Below, piece by piece: positions 8,325-20,300 of a DNA stretch of 64,000 nt. The stretch is from the NCBI GenBank assembly GCA_032718475.1, contig JAUCBJ010000938.1, positions 1 through 64,000 of the forward strand. The letters run 5' to 3'. The position numbers and the translations under genes were made by a program. Every line of letters begins with the position of its first letter. Positions within the stretch are counted from its first letter, which is position 1. The notes under the pieces were generated by a model, which searched no databases, was not told where the DNA came from, and worked only from the letters and a program-made list of their open reading frames with translations. Origin of the DNA: Nemertoderma westbladi. Lineage: Eukaryota; Animalia; Xenacoelomorpha.

Positions 8325-11300
8325 TAGCTAAGGGGTTCCTGGCCCATGGATCCTATAGAAACTAGCTGATGGGTTCCTGGCCAATGGATCCTATAAAATA
8401 GCTGAGGGGTTCCTGACCAATGGATCCTATAGAGACTAGCTGAGGGGTTCCTGGTCAATGGATCCTATAGTGCTATAGAGACTAGCTGAGGGTTTCCTGG
8501 CCAATGTATCATATAGAGACTAGCTTAGGGGTTCCTGGTCAATGGATCCAATAGAGACTAGCTTAGGGGTTCCTGGTCAATGGATCCTATAGAGACTAGC
8601 TTAAGGGTTCCTGACCAATGGATCCTATAGAGACTAGCTGAGGGGTTCCTGGTCAATGGATCCTATAGTGCTATAGAGACTAGCTTAGGGATTCCTGGTG
8701 AATGGATCCAATAGAGACTAGCTTAGGGGTTCCTGGTCAATGGATCCTATAGAGATTAGCTGAGGGGTTCCTGGCCAATGGATCCTATAGAGATTAGCTG
8801 AGGGGTTCCTGGCCAATGGATCCAATAGAAAGACTAGCTGGGGGTTTCCTGGCCAATGGATCCAATAGAGAGACTAGCTGAGGGTTTCCTGGCCAATGGA
8901 TCCAATAGAGAGACTAGCTGAGGGTTTCCTGGCCAAATGGATCCAATAGAGAGACTAGCTGAGGGTTTCCTGGCCAATGGATCCTATAGATACTAGCTGA
9001 GGGTTTCCTGGCCAATGGATCCTATAGAGAGTAGCTGAGGGTTTCCTGCCCAGAGTATCCTATAGAGACTAGCTTAGGAATTTCTGGCCAATGTATCCTA
9101 TAGAGACTAGCTTAGGGTTTCCTGGCCAATGGATCCAATAGAGAGAGTAGTTGAGGGGTTCCTGACCAATGGATCCTATAGAGACTAGCTGAGGGTTTCC
9201 TGGCCAATGGATCCTAAAGAGAGTAGCTGAGGGGTTCCTGACCAATGGATCATATAGAGACTAGCTGAGGGTATCCTGGCCAATGGATCCTATATACATT
9301 AGCTGATGGTTTCCTGGCCAATGGATCCTATAGAGACCAGCTTAGGGGTTCCTGGTCAATGGATCTTATAGAGACTAGCTGAGAGGTTCCTGGTCAATGG
9401 ATCCTTTAGAGACTAGCTGAGGGTATCCTGGCCAATGGATCATATAGAGATTAGCTGATGGTTTCCTGGCCAATGTATCCTATAGAGACTAGCTGAGGGG
9501 TTCCTGGCCAATGGATCCTATAGAGACTAGCTGGTGGGTTCCTTACCAATGGATCCTATTGAGACTAGCTTAGGGGTTCCTGGTCAATGGATCCAATAGA
9601 GTATAGAGACTAGCTGAGGGTTTCCTGGCTAATGTATCCTAGAGACTAGCTTAGGGGTTCCTGGTCAATGGACCCTATAGAGACTAGCTGAGGGTTTCCT
9701 GGCCAATGTATCATATATAGGCTAGCTGAGGGTATCCTGGCCAATGGATCCTATAGAGATTAGCTGAGGGTTTCCTGGTCAATGTATCCTATAGAGATTA
9801 GCTTAGGGGTTCCTGGCCAATGGATCCTATAGAGACTAGCTGAGAAGTTCCTGGCCAATGGATCCTTTAGAGACTAGCTGAGGGTTTCCTGGCCAATGGA
9901 TCCTATAGATACTAGCTGAGGGTTTCCTGGCCAATGGATCCAATAGAGAGACTAGTTGAGGGGTTCCTGACCAATGGATCCTATAGAGACTAGCTGAGGG
10001 TTTCCTGGCCAATGTATCCTAAAGAGAGTAGCTGAGGGGTTCCTGACCAATGGATCATATAGAGACTAGCTGAGGGTATCCTGGCCAATGGATCCTATAG
10101 ACATTAGCTGATGGTTTCCTGGCCAATGGATCCTATAGATATTAGCTTAGGGGTTCCTGGTCAATGGATCTTATAGAGACTAGCTGAGAGGTTCCTGGCC
10201 AATGGATCCTTTAGAGACTAGCTGAGGGTATCCTGGCCAATGGATCATATAGAGATTAGCTGATGGTTTCCTGGCCAATGTATCCTATAGAGACTAGCTG
10301 AGGGGTTCCTGGCCAATCGATCCTATAGAGACTAGCTGAGGGGTTCCTGGTCAATGGATCCTATAGTGCTATAGAGACTAGCTGAGGGTTTCCTGGCCAA
10401 TGTATCATATAGAGACTAGCTTAGGGGTTCCTGGTCAATGGATCCAATAGAGACTAGCTTAGGGGTTCCTGGTCAATGGATCCTATAGAGATTAGCTGAG
10501 GGGTTCCTGGCCAATGGATCCTATAGAGACTAGCTGAGGGGTTCCTGGTCAATGGATCCTATAGTGCTATAGAGACTAGCTTAGGGATTCCTGGTGAATG
10601 GATCCAATAGAGACTAGCTTAGGGGTTCCTGGTCAATGGATCCAATAGAGACTAGCTTAGGGGTTCCTGGTCAATGGATCCTATAGAGATTAGCTGAGGG
10701 GTTCCTGGCCAATGGATCCAATAGACAGACTAGCTGAGGGTTTCCTGGCCAATGGATCCAATAGAGAGACTAGCTGAGGGTTTCCTGGCCAATGGATCCT
10801 ATAGATACTAGCTGAGGGTTTCCTGGCCAATGGATCCTATAGAGAGTAGCTGAGGGTTTCCTGGCTAATGTATCCTATAGAGACTAGCTTAGGGTTTCCT
10901 GGCCAATGGATCCAATAGAGAGACTAGTTGAGGGGTTCCTCACCAATGGATCCTATAGAGACTAGCTGAGGGTTTCCTGGCCAATGGATCCTAAAGAGAG
11001 TAGCTGAGGGGTTCCTGACCAATGGATCATATAGAGACTAGCTGAGGGTATCCTGGCCAATGGATCCTATAGACATTAGCTGATGGTTTCCTGGCCAATG
11101 GATCCTATAGAGATTAGCTTAAGGGTTCCTGGTCAATGGATCTTATAGAGACTAGCTGAGAGGTTCCTGGCCAATGGATCCTTTAGAGACTAGCTGAGGG
11201 TATCCTGGCCAATGGATCATATAGACATTAGCTGATGGTTTCCTGGCCAATGTATCCTATAGAGACTAGCTGAGAGGTTCCTGGCCAATGGATCCTTTAG

Positions 11301-14300
11301 AGACTAGCTGATGGGTTCCTGACCAATGGATCCTATTGAGATTAGCTTAGGGGTTCCTGGTCAATGGATCTTATAGAGACTAGCTGAGAGGTTCCTGGCC
11401 AATGGATCCTTTAGAGACTAGCTGAGGGTATCCTGGCCAATGGATCATATAGACATTAGCTGATGGTTTCCTGGCCAATGTATCCTATAGAGACTAGCTG
11501 AGAAGTTCCTGGCCAATGTATCCTATAGAGACTAGCTGAGGGTTTCCTGGCCAATGTATCCTATAGAGACTAGCTGAGGGTTTCCTGGCCAATGTATCCT
11601 ATAGAGACTAGCTGAGGGTTTCCTGGCCAATGTATCCTATAGAGAGTAGCTGAGGGGTTCCTGGCCAGAGTATCCTATAGAGACTAGCTGAGGGGTTCCT
11701 GGCCAATGTATCCTATAGAGACTAGCTGATGGTTTCCTGGCCAATGTATCCTATAAAGACTAGCTGAGAGGTTCCTGGCCAATGGATCCTATAGAGACTA
11801 GCTGAGGGGTTCCTGGCCAATGTATCCTATAGAGACTAGCTGAGGGGTTCCTGGCCAATGTATCCTATAGAGACTAGCTGAGGGGTTCCTGGCCAATGTA
11901 TCCTATAAAGACTAGCTGAGGGGTTCCTGGCCAATGGATCCAATAGAGAGACTAGTTGAGGGGTTCCTGACCAATGGATCCTATAGAGAGTAGCTGAGGG
12001 GTTCCTGGCCAGAGTATCCTATAGAGACTAGCTGAGGGGTTCCTGGCCAATGTATCCTATAGAGACTAGCTGAGGGGTTCCTGGCCAATGTATCCTATAG
12101 AGACTAGCTGAGAGGTTCCTGGCCAATGGATCCTATAGAGACTAGCTGAGGGGTTCCTGGCCAATGGATCCTATAGAGACTAGCTGAGAGGTTCCTGGCC
12201 AATGGATCCTATAGAGACTAGCTGAGAGGTTCCTGGCCAATTGATTTTATAGATACTAGCTTAGAGGTTCCTGGCCAATGTATCCTATAGAGACTAGCTG
12301 AGAGGTTCCTGACCAATTGATTTTATAGATACTAGCTTAGAGGTTCCTGGCCAATGTATCCTATAGAGACTAGCTGAGAGGTTCCTGGCCAATGGATCCT
12401 ATAAAGACTAGCTGAGGGGTTCCTGGCCAATGGATCCTATAGAGACTAGCTGAGGGGTTCCTGGCCAATGGATCCTATAGAGACTAGCTGAGAGGTTCCT
12501 GGCCAATGGATCCAATAGAGACTAGCTGAGGGGTTCCTGGCCAATGTATCCTATAGAGACTAGCTGATGGTTTCCTGGCCAATGTATCCTATAGAGACTA
12601 GCTGAGAAGTTCCTGGCCAATGTATCCTATAGAGACTAGCTGAGAGGTTCCTGGCCAATGGATCCAATAGAGAGAGTAGTTGAGGGGTTCCTGACCAATG
12701 GATCCTATAGAGACTAGCTGAGGGGTTCCTGGCCAATGGATCCTATAGAGACTAGCTGAGGGGTTCCTGGCCAATGGATCCAATAGAGAGAGTAGTTGAG
12801 GGGTTCCTGACCAATGGATCCTATAGAGACTAGCTGAGGGGTTCCTGGCCAATGGATCCTATAGAGACTAGCTGAGATGTTCCTGGCCAATGTATCCTAT
12901 AGAGACTAGCTTAGAGGTTCCTGGCCAATGTATCCTATAGAGACTAGCTGAGGGTTTCCTGGCCAATGTATCCTATAAAGACTAGCTGAGAGGTTCCTGG
13001 CCAATGGATCCTATAAAGACTAGCTGAGAGGTTCCTGGCCAATGTATCCTATAGAGACTAGCTTAGGAGTTTCTGGCCAATGGATCCTATAGAGACTAGC
13101 TGAGGGGTTCCTGGCCAATGTATCCTATAGAGACTAGCTGAGGGTTTCCTGGCCAATGGATCCTATAGAGACTAGCTGATGGTTTCCTGACCAAAGGATC
13201 CTATAGAGACTAGCTGAGAGGTTCCTGGCCAATGGATCCTATAGAGACTAGCTGAGGGGTTCCTGGCCAATGGATCCTATAGAGACTAGCTGAGAGGTTC
13301 CTGGTCAATGTATCCTATAGAGACTAGCTGATGGTTTCCTGGCCAATGTATCCTATAGAGACTAGCTGAGGGGTTCCTGGCCAATGGATCCTATAGAGAC
13401 TAGCTGAGGGGTTCCTGGCCAATGGATCCTATAGAGACTAGCTGAGAGGTTCCTGGCCAATGTATCCTATAGAGACTAGCTGATGGTTTCCTGGCCAATG
13501 TATCCTATAAAGACTAGCTGAGAGGTTCCTGGCCAATGGATCCTATAGAGACTAGCTGAGGGGTTCCTGGCCAATGTATCCTATAGAGACTAGCTGAGGG
13601 GTTCCTGGCCAATGTATCCTATAGAGACTAGCTGAGGGGTTCCTGGCCAATGTATCCTATAGAGACTAGCTGAGGGGTTCCTGGCCAATGTATCCTATAG
13701 AGACTAGCTGAGAGGTTCCTGGCCAATGTATCCTATAGAGACTAGCTGATGGTTTCCTGGCCAATGTATCCTATAGAGACTAGCTGAGGGGTTCCTGGCC
13801 AATGTATCCTATAGAGACTAGCTGAGAGGTTCCTGGCCAATGTATCCTATAGAGACTAGCTGATGGTTTCCTGGCCAATGTATCCTATAAAGACTAGCTG
13901 AGAGGTTCCTGGCCAATGGATCCTATAGAGACTAGCTGAGAGGTTCCTGGCCAATGTATCCTATAAAGACTAGCTGAGAGGTTCCTGGCCAATGGATCCT
14001 ATAGAGACTAGCTGAGAGGTTCCTGGCCAATTGATTTTATAGATACTAGCTTAGAGGTTCCTGGCCAATGTATCCTATAGAGACTAGCTGAGAGGTTCCT
14101 GACCAATTGATTTTATAGATACTAGCTTAGAGGTTCCTGGCCAATGTATCCTATAGAGACTAGCTGAGAGGTTCCTGGCCAATGGATCCTATAAAGACTA
14201 GCTGAGGGGTTCCTGGCCAATGGATCCTATAGAGACTAGCTGAGGGGTTCCTGGCCAATGGATCCTATAGAGACTAGCTGAGAGGTTCCTGGCCAATGGA

Positions 14301-17300
14301 TCCAATAGAGACTAGCTGAGGGGTTCCTGGCCAATGTATCCTATAGAGACTAGCTGATGGTTTCCTGGCCAATGTATCCTATAGAGACTAGCTGAGAAGT
14401 TCCTGGCCAATGTATCCTATAGAGACTAGCTGAGAGGTTCCTGGCCAATGGATCCAATAGAGAGAGTAGTTGAGGGGTTCCTGACCAATGGATCCTTTAG
14501 AGACTAGCTGAGGGGTTCCTGGCCAATGGATCCTATAGAGACTAGCTGAGGGGTTCCTGGCCAATGGATCCAATAGAGAGAGTAGTTGAGGGGTTCCTGA
14601 CCAATGGATCCTATAGAGACTAGCTGAGGGGTTCCTGGCCAATGGATCCTATAGAGACTAGCTGAGAGGTTCCTGGCCAATGTATCCTATAGAGACTAGC
14701 TTAGAGGTTCCTGGCCAATGTATCCTATAGAGACTAGCTGAGGGTTTCCTGGCCAATGTATCCTATAAAGACTAGCTGAGAGGTTCCTGGCCAATGGATC
14801 CTATAAAGACTAGCTGAGAGGTTCCTGGCCAATGTATCCTATAGAGACTAGCTTAGGAGTTTCTGGCCAATGGATCCTATAGAGACTAGCTGAGGGGTTC
14901 CTGGCCAATGTATCCTATAGAGACTAGCTGAGGGTTTCCTGGCCAATGGATCCTATAGAGACTAGCTGATGGTTTCCTGACCAAAGGATCCTATAGAGAC
15001 TAGCTGAGAGGTTCCTGGCCAATGGATCCTATAGAGACTAGCTGAGGGGTTCCTGGCCAATGGATCCTATAGAGACTAGCTGAGAGGTTCCTGGTCAATG
15101 TATCCTATAGAGACTAGCTGATGGTTTCCTGGCCAATGTATCCTATAGAGACTAGCTGAGGGGTTCCTGGCCAATGGATCCTATAGAGACTAGCTGAGGG
15201 GTTCCTGGCCAATGGATCCTATAGAGACTAGCTGAGAGGTTCCTGGCCAATGTATCCTATAGAGACTAGCTGATGGTTTCCTGGCCAATGTATCCTATAA
15301 AGACTAGCTGAGAGGTTCCTGGCGAATGGATCCTATAGAGACTAGCTGAGAGGTTCCTGGCCAATGTATCCTATAGAGACTAGCTGAGGGGTTCCTGGCC
15401 AATGTATCCTATAGAGACTAGCTGAGAGGTTCCTGGCCAATGTATCCTATAGAGACTAGCTGATGGTTTCCTGGCCAATGTATCCTATAGAGACTAGCTG
15501 AGAGGTTCCTGGCCAATGGATCCTATAGAGACTAGCTGAGAGGTTCCTGGCCAATGGATCCTATAGAGACTAGCTGAGGGGTTCCTGGCCAATGTATCCT
15601 ATAAAGACTAGCTGAGAGGTTCCTGGCCAATGTATCCTATAGAGACTAGCTGAGGGGTTCCTGGCCAATGTATCCTATAAAGACTAGCTGAGAGGTTCCT
15701 GGCCAATGGATCCTATAGAGACTAGCTGAGAGGTTCCTGGCCAATGGATCCTATAGAGACTAGCTGAGGGGTTCCTGGCCAATGTATCCTATAAAGACTA
15801 GCTGAGAGGTTCCTGGCCAATGTATCCTATAGAGACTAGCTGAGGGGTTCCTGGCCAATGGATCCTATAGAGACTAGCTGAGGGGTTCCTGGCCAATGTA
15901 TCCTATAAAGACTAGCTGAGAGGTTCCTGGCCAATGTATCCTATAGAGACTAGCTGAGGGGTTCCTGACCAATGTATCCTATAGAGACTAGCTGATGGTT
16001 TCCTGGCCAATGTATCCTATAAAGACTAGCTGAGAGGTTCCTGGCCAATGGATCCTATAGAGACTAGCTGAGAGGTTCCTGGCCAATGGATCCTATAGAG
16101 ACTAGCTGAGAGGTTCCTGGCCAATGGATCCTATAGAGACTAGCTGAGAAGTTCCTGGCCAATGTATCCTATAGAGACTAGGTGATGGTTTCCTGGCCAA
16201 TGTATCCTATAGAGACTAGCTGAGGGGTTCCTGGCCAATGTATCCTATAGAGACTAGCTGAGAGGTTCCTGGCCAATGTATCCTATAGAGACTAGCTGAG
16301 AAGTTCCTGGCCAATGTATCCTATAGAGACTAGCTGAGGGGTTCCTGGCCAATGTATCCTATAGAGACTAGCTGAGGGTTTCCTGGCCAATGTATCCTAT
16401 AGAGACTAGCTGAGGGGTTCCTGGCCAATGTATCCTATAAAGACTAGCTGAGAGGTTCCTGGCCAATGTATCCTATAGAGACTAGCTGAGGGGTTCCTGA
16501 CCAATGTATCCTATAGAGACTAGCTGAGAGGTTCCTGGCCAATGGATCCTATAAAGACTAGCTGAGAGGTTCCTGGCCAATGGATCCTATAGAGACTAGC
16601 TGAGGGGTTCCTGGCCAATGTATCCTATAGAGACTAGCTGAGAGGTTCCTGGCCAATGTATCCTATAAAGACTAGCTGAGAGGTTCCTGGCCAATGGATC
16701 CTATAAAGACTAGCTGAGAGGTTCCTGGCCAATGGATCCTATAGAGACTAGCTGAGGGGTTCCTGGCCAATGTATCCTATAGAGACTAGCTGAGAGGTTC
16801 CTGACCAATTGATTTTATAGATACTAGCTTAGAGGTTCCTGGCCAATGTATCCTATAGAGACTAGCTGAGGGGTTCCTGGCCAATTGATTTTATAGATAC
16901 TAGCTTAGAGGTTCCTGGCCAATGTATCCTATAGAGACTAGCTGAGGGGTTCCTGGCCAATTGATTTTATAGATACTAGCTTAGAGGTTCCTGACCAATG
17001 TATCCTATAGAGACTAGCTGAGAGGTTCCTGGCCAGAGTATCCTATAGAGACTAGCTGAGGGGTTCCTGGCCAATGGATCCTATAGACATTAGCTGAGGG
17101 GTTCCTGACCAATTGATTTTATAGATACTAGCTTAGAGGTTCCTGGCCAATGTATCCTATAGAGACTAGCTGAGGGTTTCCTGGCCAATGTATCCTATAA
17201 AGACTAGCTGAGAGGTTCCTGGCCAATGGATCCTATAGAGACTAGCTGAGGGGTTCCTGGCCAATGTATCCTATAGAGACTAGCTGAGGGGTTCCTGGCC

Positions 17301-20300
17301 AATGTATCCTATAGAGACTAGCTGAGAGGTTCCTGGCCAATGGATCCTATAAAGACTAGCTGAGGGTTTCCTGGCCAATGGATCCTATAGAGACTAGCTG
17401 AGGGGTTCCTGACCAATGTATCCTATAGAGACTAGCTGAGGGTTTCCTGACCAATGTATCCTATAGAGACTAGCTGAGGGGTTCCTGACCAATTGATTTT
17501 ATAGATACTAGCTTAGAGGTTCCTGGCCAATGTATCCTATAGAGACTAGCTGAGGGTTTCCTGGCCAATGTATCCTATAAAGACTAGCTGAGAGGTTCCT
17601 GGCCAATGGATCCTATAGAGACTAGCTGAGGGGTTCCTGGCCAATGTATCCTATAGAGACTAGCTGAGGGGTTCCTGGCCAATGGATCCTATAGAGACTA
17701 GCTGAGGGTTTCCTGGCCAATGTATCCTATAGAGACTAGCTGAGGGGTTCCTGGCCAGAGTATCCTATAGAGACTAGCTGAGGGGTTCCTGGCCAATGGA
17801 TCCTATAGAGACTAGCTGAGGGTTTCCTGGCCAATGTATCCTATAGAGACTAGCTGAGGGGTTCCTGGCCAGAGTATCCTATAGAGACTAGCTGAGGGGT
17901 TCCTGGCCAATGTATCCTATAGAGACTAGCTGAGAGGTTCCTGGCCAATGGATCCTATAAAGACTAGCTGAGGGTTTCCTGGCCAATGGATCCTATAGAG
18001 ACTAGCTGAGGGTTTCCTGGCCAATGTATCCTATAGAGACTAGCTGAGGGGTTCCTGGCCAGAGTATCCTATAGAGACTAGCTGAGGGGTTCCTGACCAA
18101 TGTATCCTATAGAGACTAGCTGAGAGGTTCCTGGCCAGAGTATCCTATAGAGACTAGCTGAGGGGTTCCTGACCAATGTATCCTATAGAGACTAGCTGAG
18201 AGGTTCCTGGCCAGAGTATCCTATAGAGACTAGCTGAGAGGTTCCTGGCCAATGGATCCTATAAAGACTAGCTGAGAGGTTCCTGGCCAATGTATCCTAT
18301 AGAGACTAGCTGAGAGGTTCCTGGCCAATGGATCCTATAGAGACTAGCTGAGGGGTTCCTGGCCAATGTATCCTATAGAGACTAGCTGAGGGGTTCCTGG
18401 CCAATGTATCCTATAAAGACTAGCTGAGAGGTTCCTGGCCAATGGATCCTATAGAGACTAGCTGAGGGGTTCCTGGCCAATGTATCCTATAGAGACTAGC
18501 TGAGAGGTTCCTGGCCAATGTATCCTATAGAGACTAGCTGAGGGGTTCCTGGCCAATGTATCCTATAGAGACTAGCTGAGAGGTTCCTGGCCAATGGATC
18601 CTATAAAGACTAGCTGAGAGGTTCCTGGCCAATGTATCCTATAGAGACTAGCTGAGGGGTTCCTGGCCAATGTATCCTATAGAGACTAGCTGAGAGGTTC
18701 CTGGCCAATGGATCCTATAGAGACTAGCTGAGGGGTTCCTGGTCAATGTATCCTATAGAGACTAGCTGAGAGGTTCCTGGCCAGAGTATCCTATAGAGAC
18801 TAGCTGAGGGGTTCCTGACCAATGTATCCTATAGAGACTAGCTGAGGGGTTCCTGACCAATGTATCCTATAGAGACTAGCTGAGAGGTTCCTGGCCAGAG
18901 TATCCTATAGAGACTAGCTGAGGGGTTCCTGACCAATGTATCCTATAGAGACTAGCTGAGAGGTTCCTGGCCAGAGTATCCTATAGAGACTAGCTGAGGG
19001 GTTCCTGACCAATGTATCCTATAGAGACTAGCTGAGAGGTTCCTGGCCAGAGTATCCTATAGAGACTAGCTGAGAGGTTCCTGGCCAATGGATCCTATAA
19101 AGACTAGCTGAGAGGTTCCTGGCCAATGTATCCTATAGAGACTAGCTGAGAGGTTCCTGGCCAATGGATCCTATAGAGACTAGCTGAGGGGTTCCTGGCC
19201 AATGTATCCTATAGAGACTAGCTGAGGGGTTCCTGGCCAATGTATCCTATAAAGACTAGCTGAGAGGTTCCTGGCCAATGGATCCTATAGAGACTAGCTG
19301 AGGGGTTCCTGGCCAATGTATCCTATAGAGACTAGCTGAGAGGTTCCTGGCCAATGGATCCTATAAAGACTAGCTGAGAGGTTCCTGGCCAATGGATCCT
19401 ATAGAGACTAGCTGAGGGTTTCCTGGCCAATGTATCCTATAGAGACTAGCTGAGAGGTTCCTGGCCAATGGATCCTATAAAGACTAGCTGAGAGGTTCCT
19501 GGCCAATGTATCCTATAGAGACTAGCTGAGGGGTTCCTGGCCAATGTATCCTATAGAGACTAGCTGAGGGGTTCCTGACCAATGTATCCTATAGAGACTA
19601 GCTGAGAGGTTCCTGGCCAATGGATCCTATAAAGACTAGCTGAGAGGTTCCTGGCCAATGGATCCTATAGAGACTAGCTGAGGGGTTCCTGGCCAATGTA
19701 TCCTATAGAGACTAGCTGAGGGGTTCCTGACCAATGTATCCTATAGAGACTAGCTGAGAGGTTCCTGACCAATTGATTTTATAGATACTAGCTTAGAGGT
19801 TCCTGGCCAATGTATCCTATAGAGACTAGCTGAGGGGTTCCTGGCCAATTGATTTTATAGATACTAGCTTAGAGGTTCCTGGCCAATTGATTTTATAGAT
19901 ACTAGCTTAGAGGTTCCTGGCCAATGTATCCTATAGAGACTAGCTGAGAGGTTCCTGACCAATTGATTTTATAGATACTAGCTTAGAGGTTCCTGGCCAA
20001 TGTATCCTATAGAGACTAGCTGAGGGTTTCCTGGCCAATGTATCCTATAAAGACTAGCTGAGAGGTTCCTGGCCAATGGATCCTATAAAGACTAGCTGAG
20101 AGGTTCCTGGCCAATGTATCCTATAAAGACTAGCTGAGAGGTTCCTGGCCAATGGATCCTATAGAGACTAGCTGAGGGGTTCCTGGCCAATGTATCCTAT
20201 AGAGACTAGCTGAGGGGTTCCTGGCCAATGTATCCTATAGAGACTAGCTGAGAGGTTCCTGGCCAATGGATCCTATAAAGACTAGCTGAGGGTTTCCTGG

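Noticed and set aside
12598-14642. Two near-identical 84-aa minus-strand ORFs
   Set aside because: They are chance stop-free runs in the satellite, created by 40-bp monomers and copied by the 1,790-bp duplication. The 38-bp unit cycles through frames and contains stop codons on both strands.
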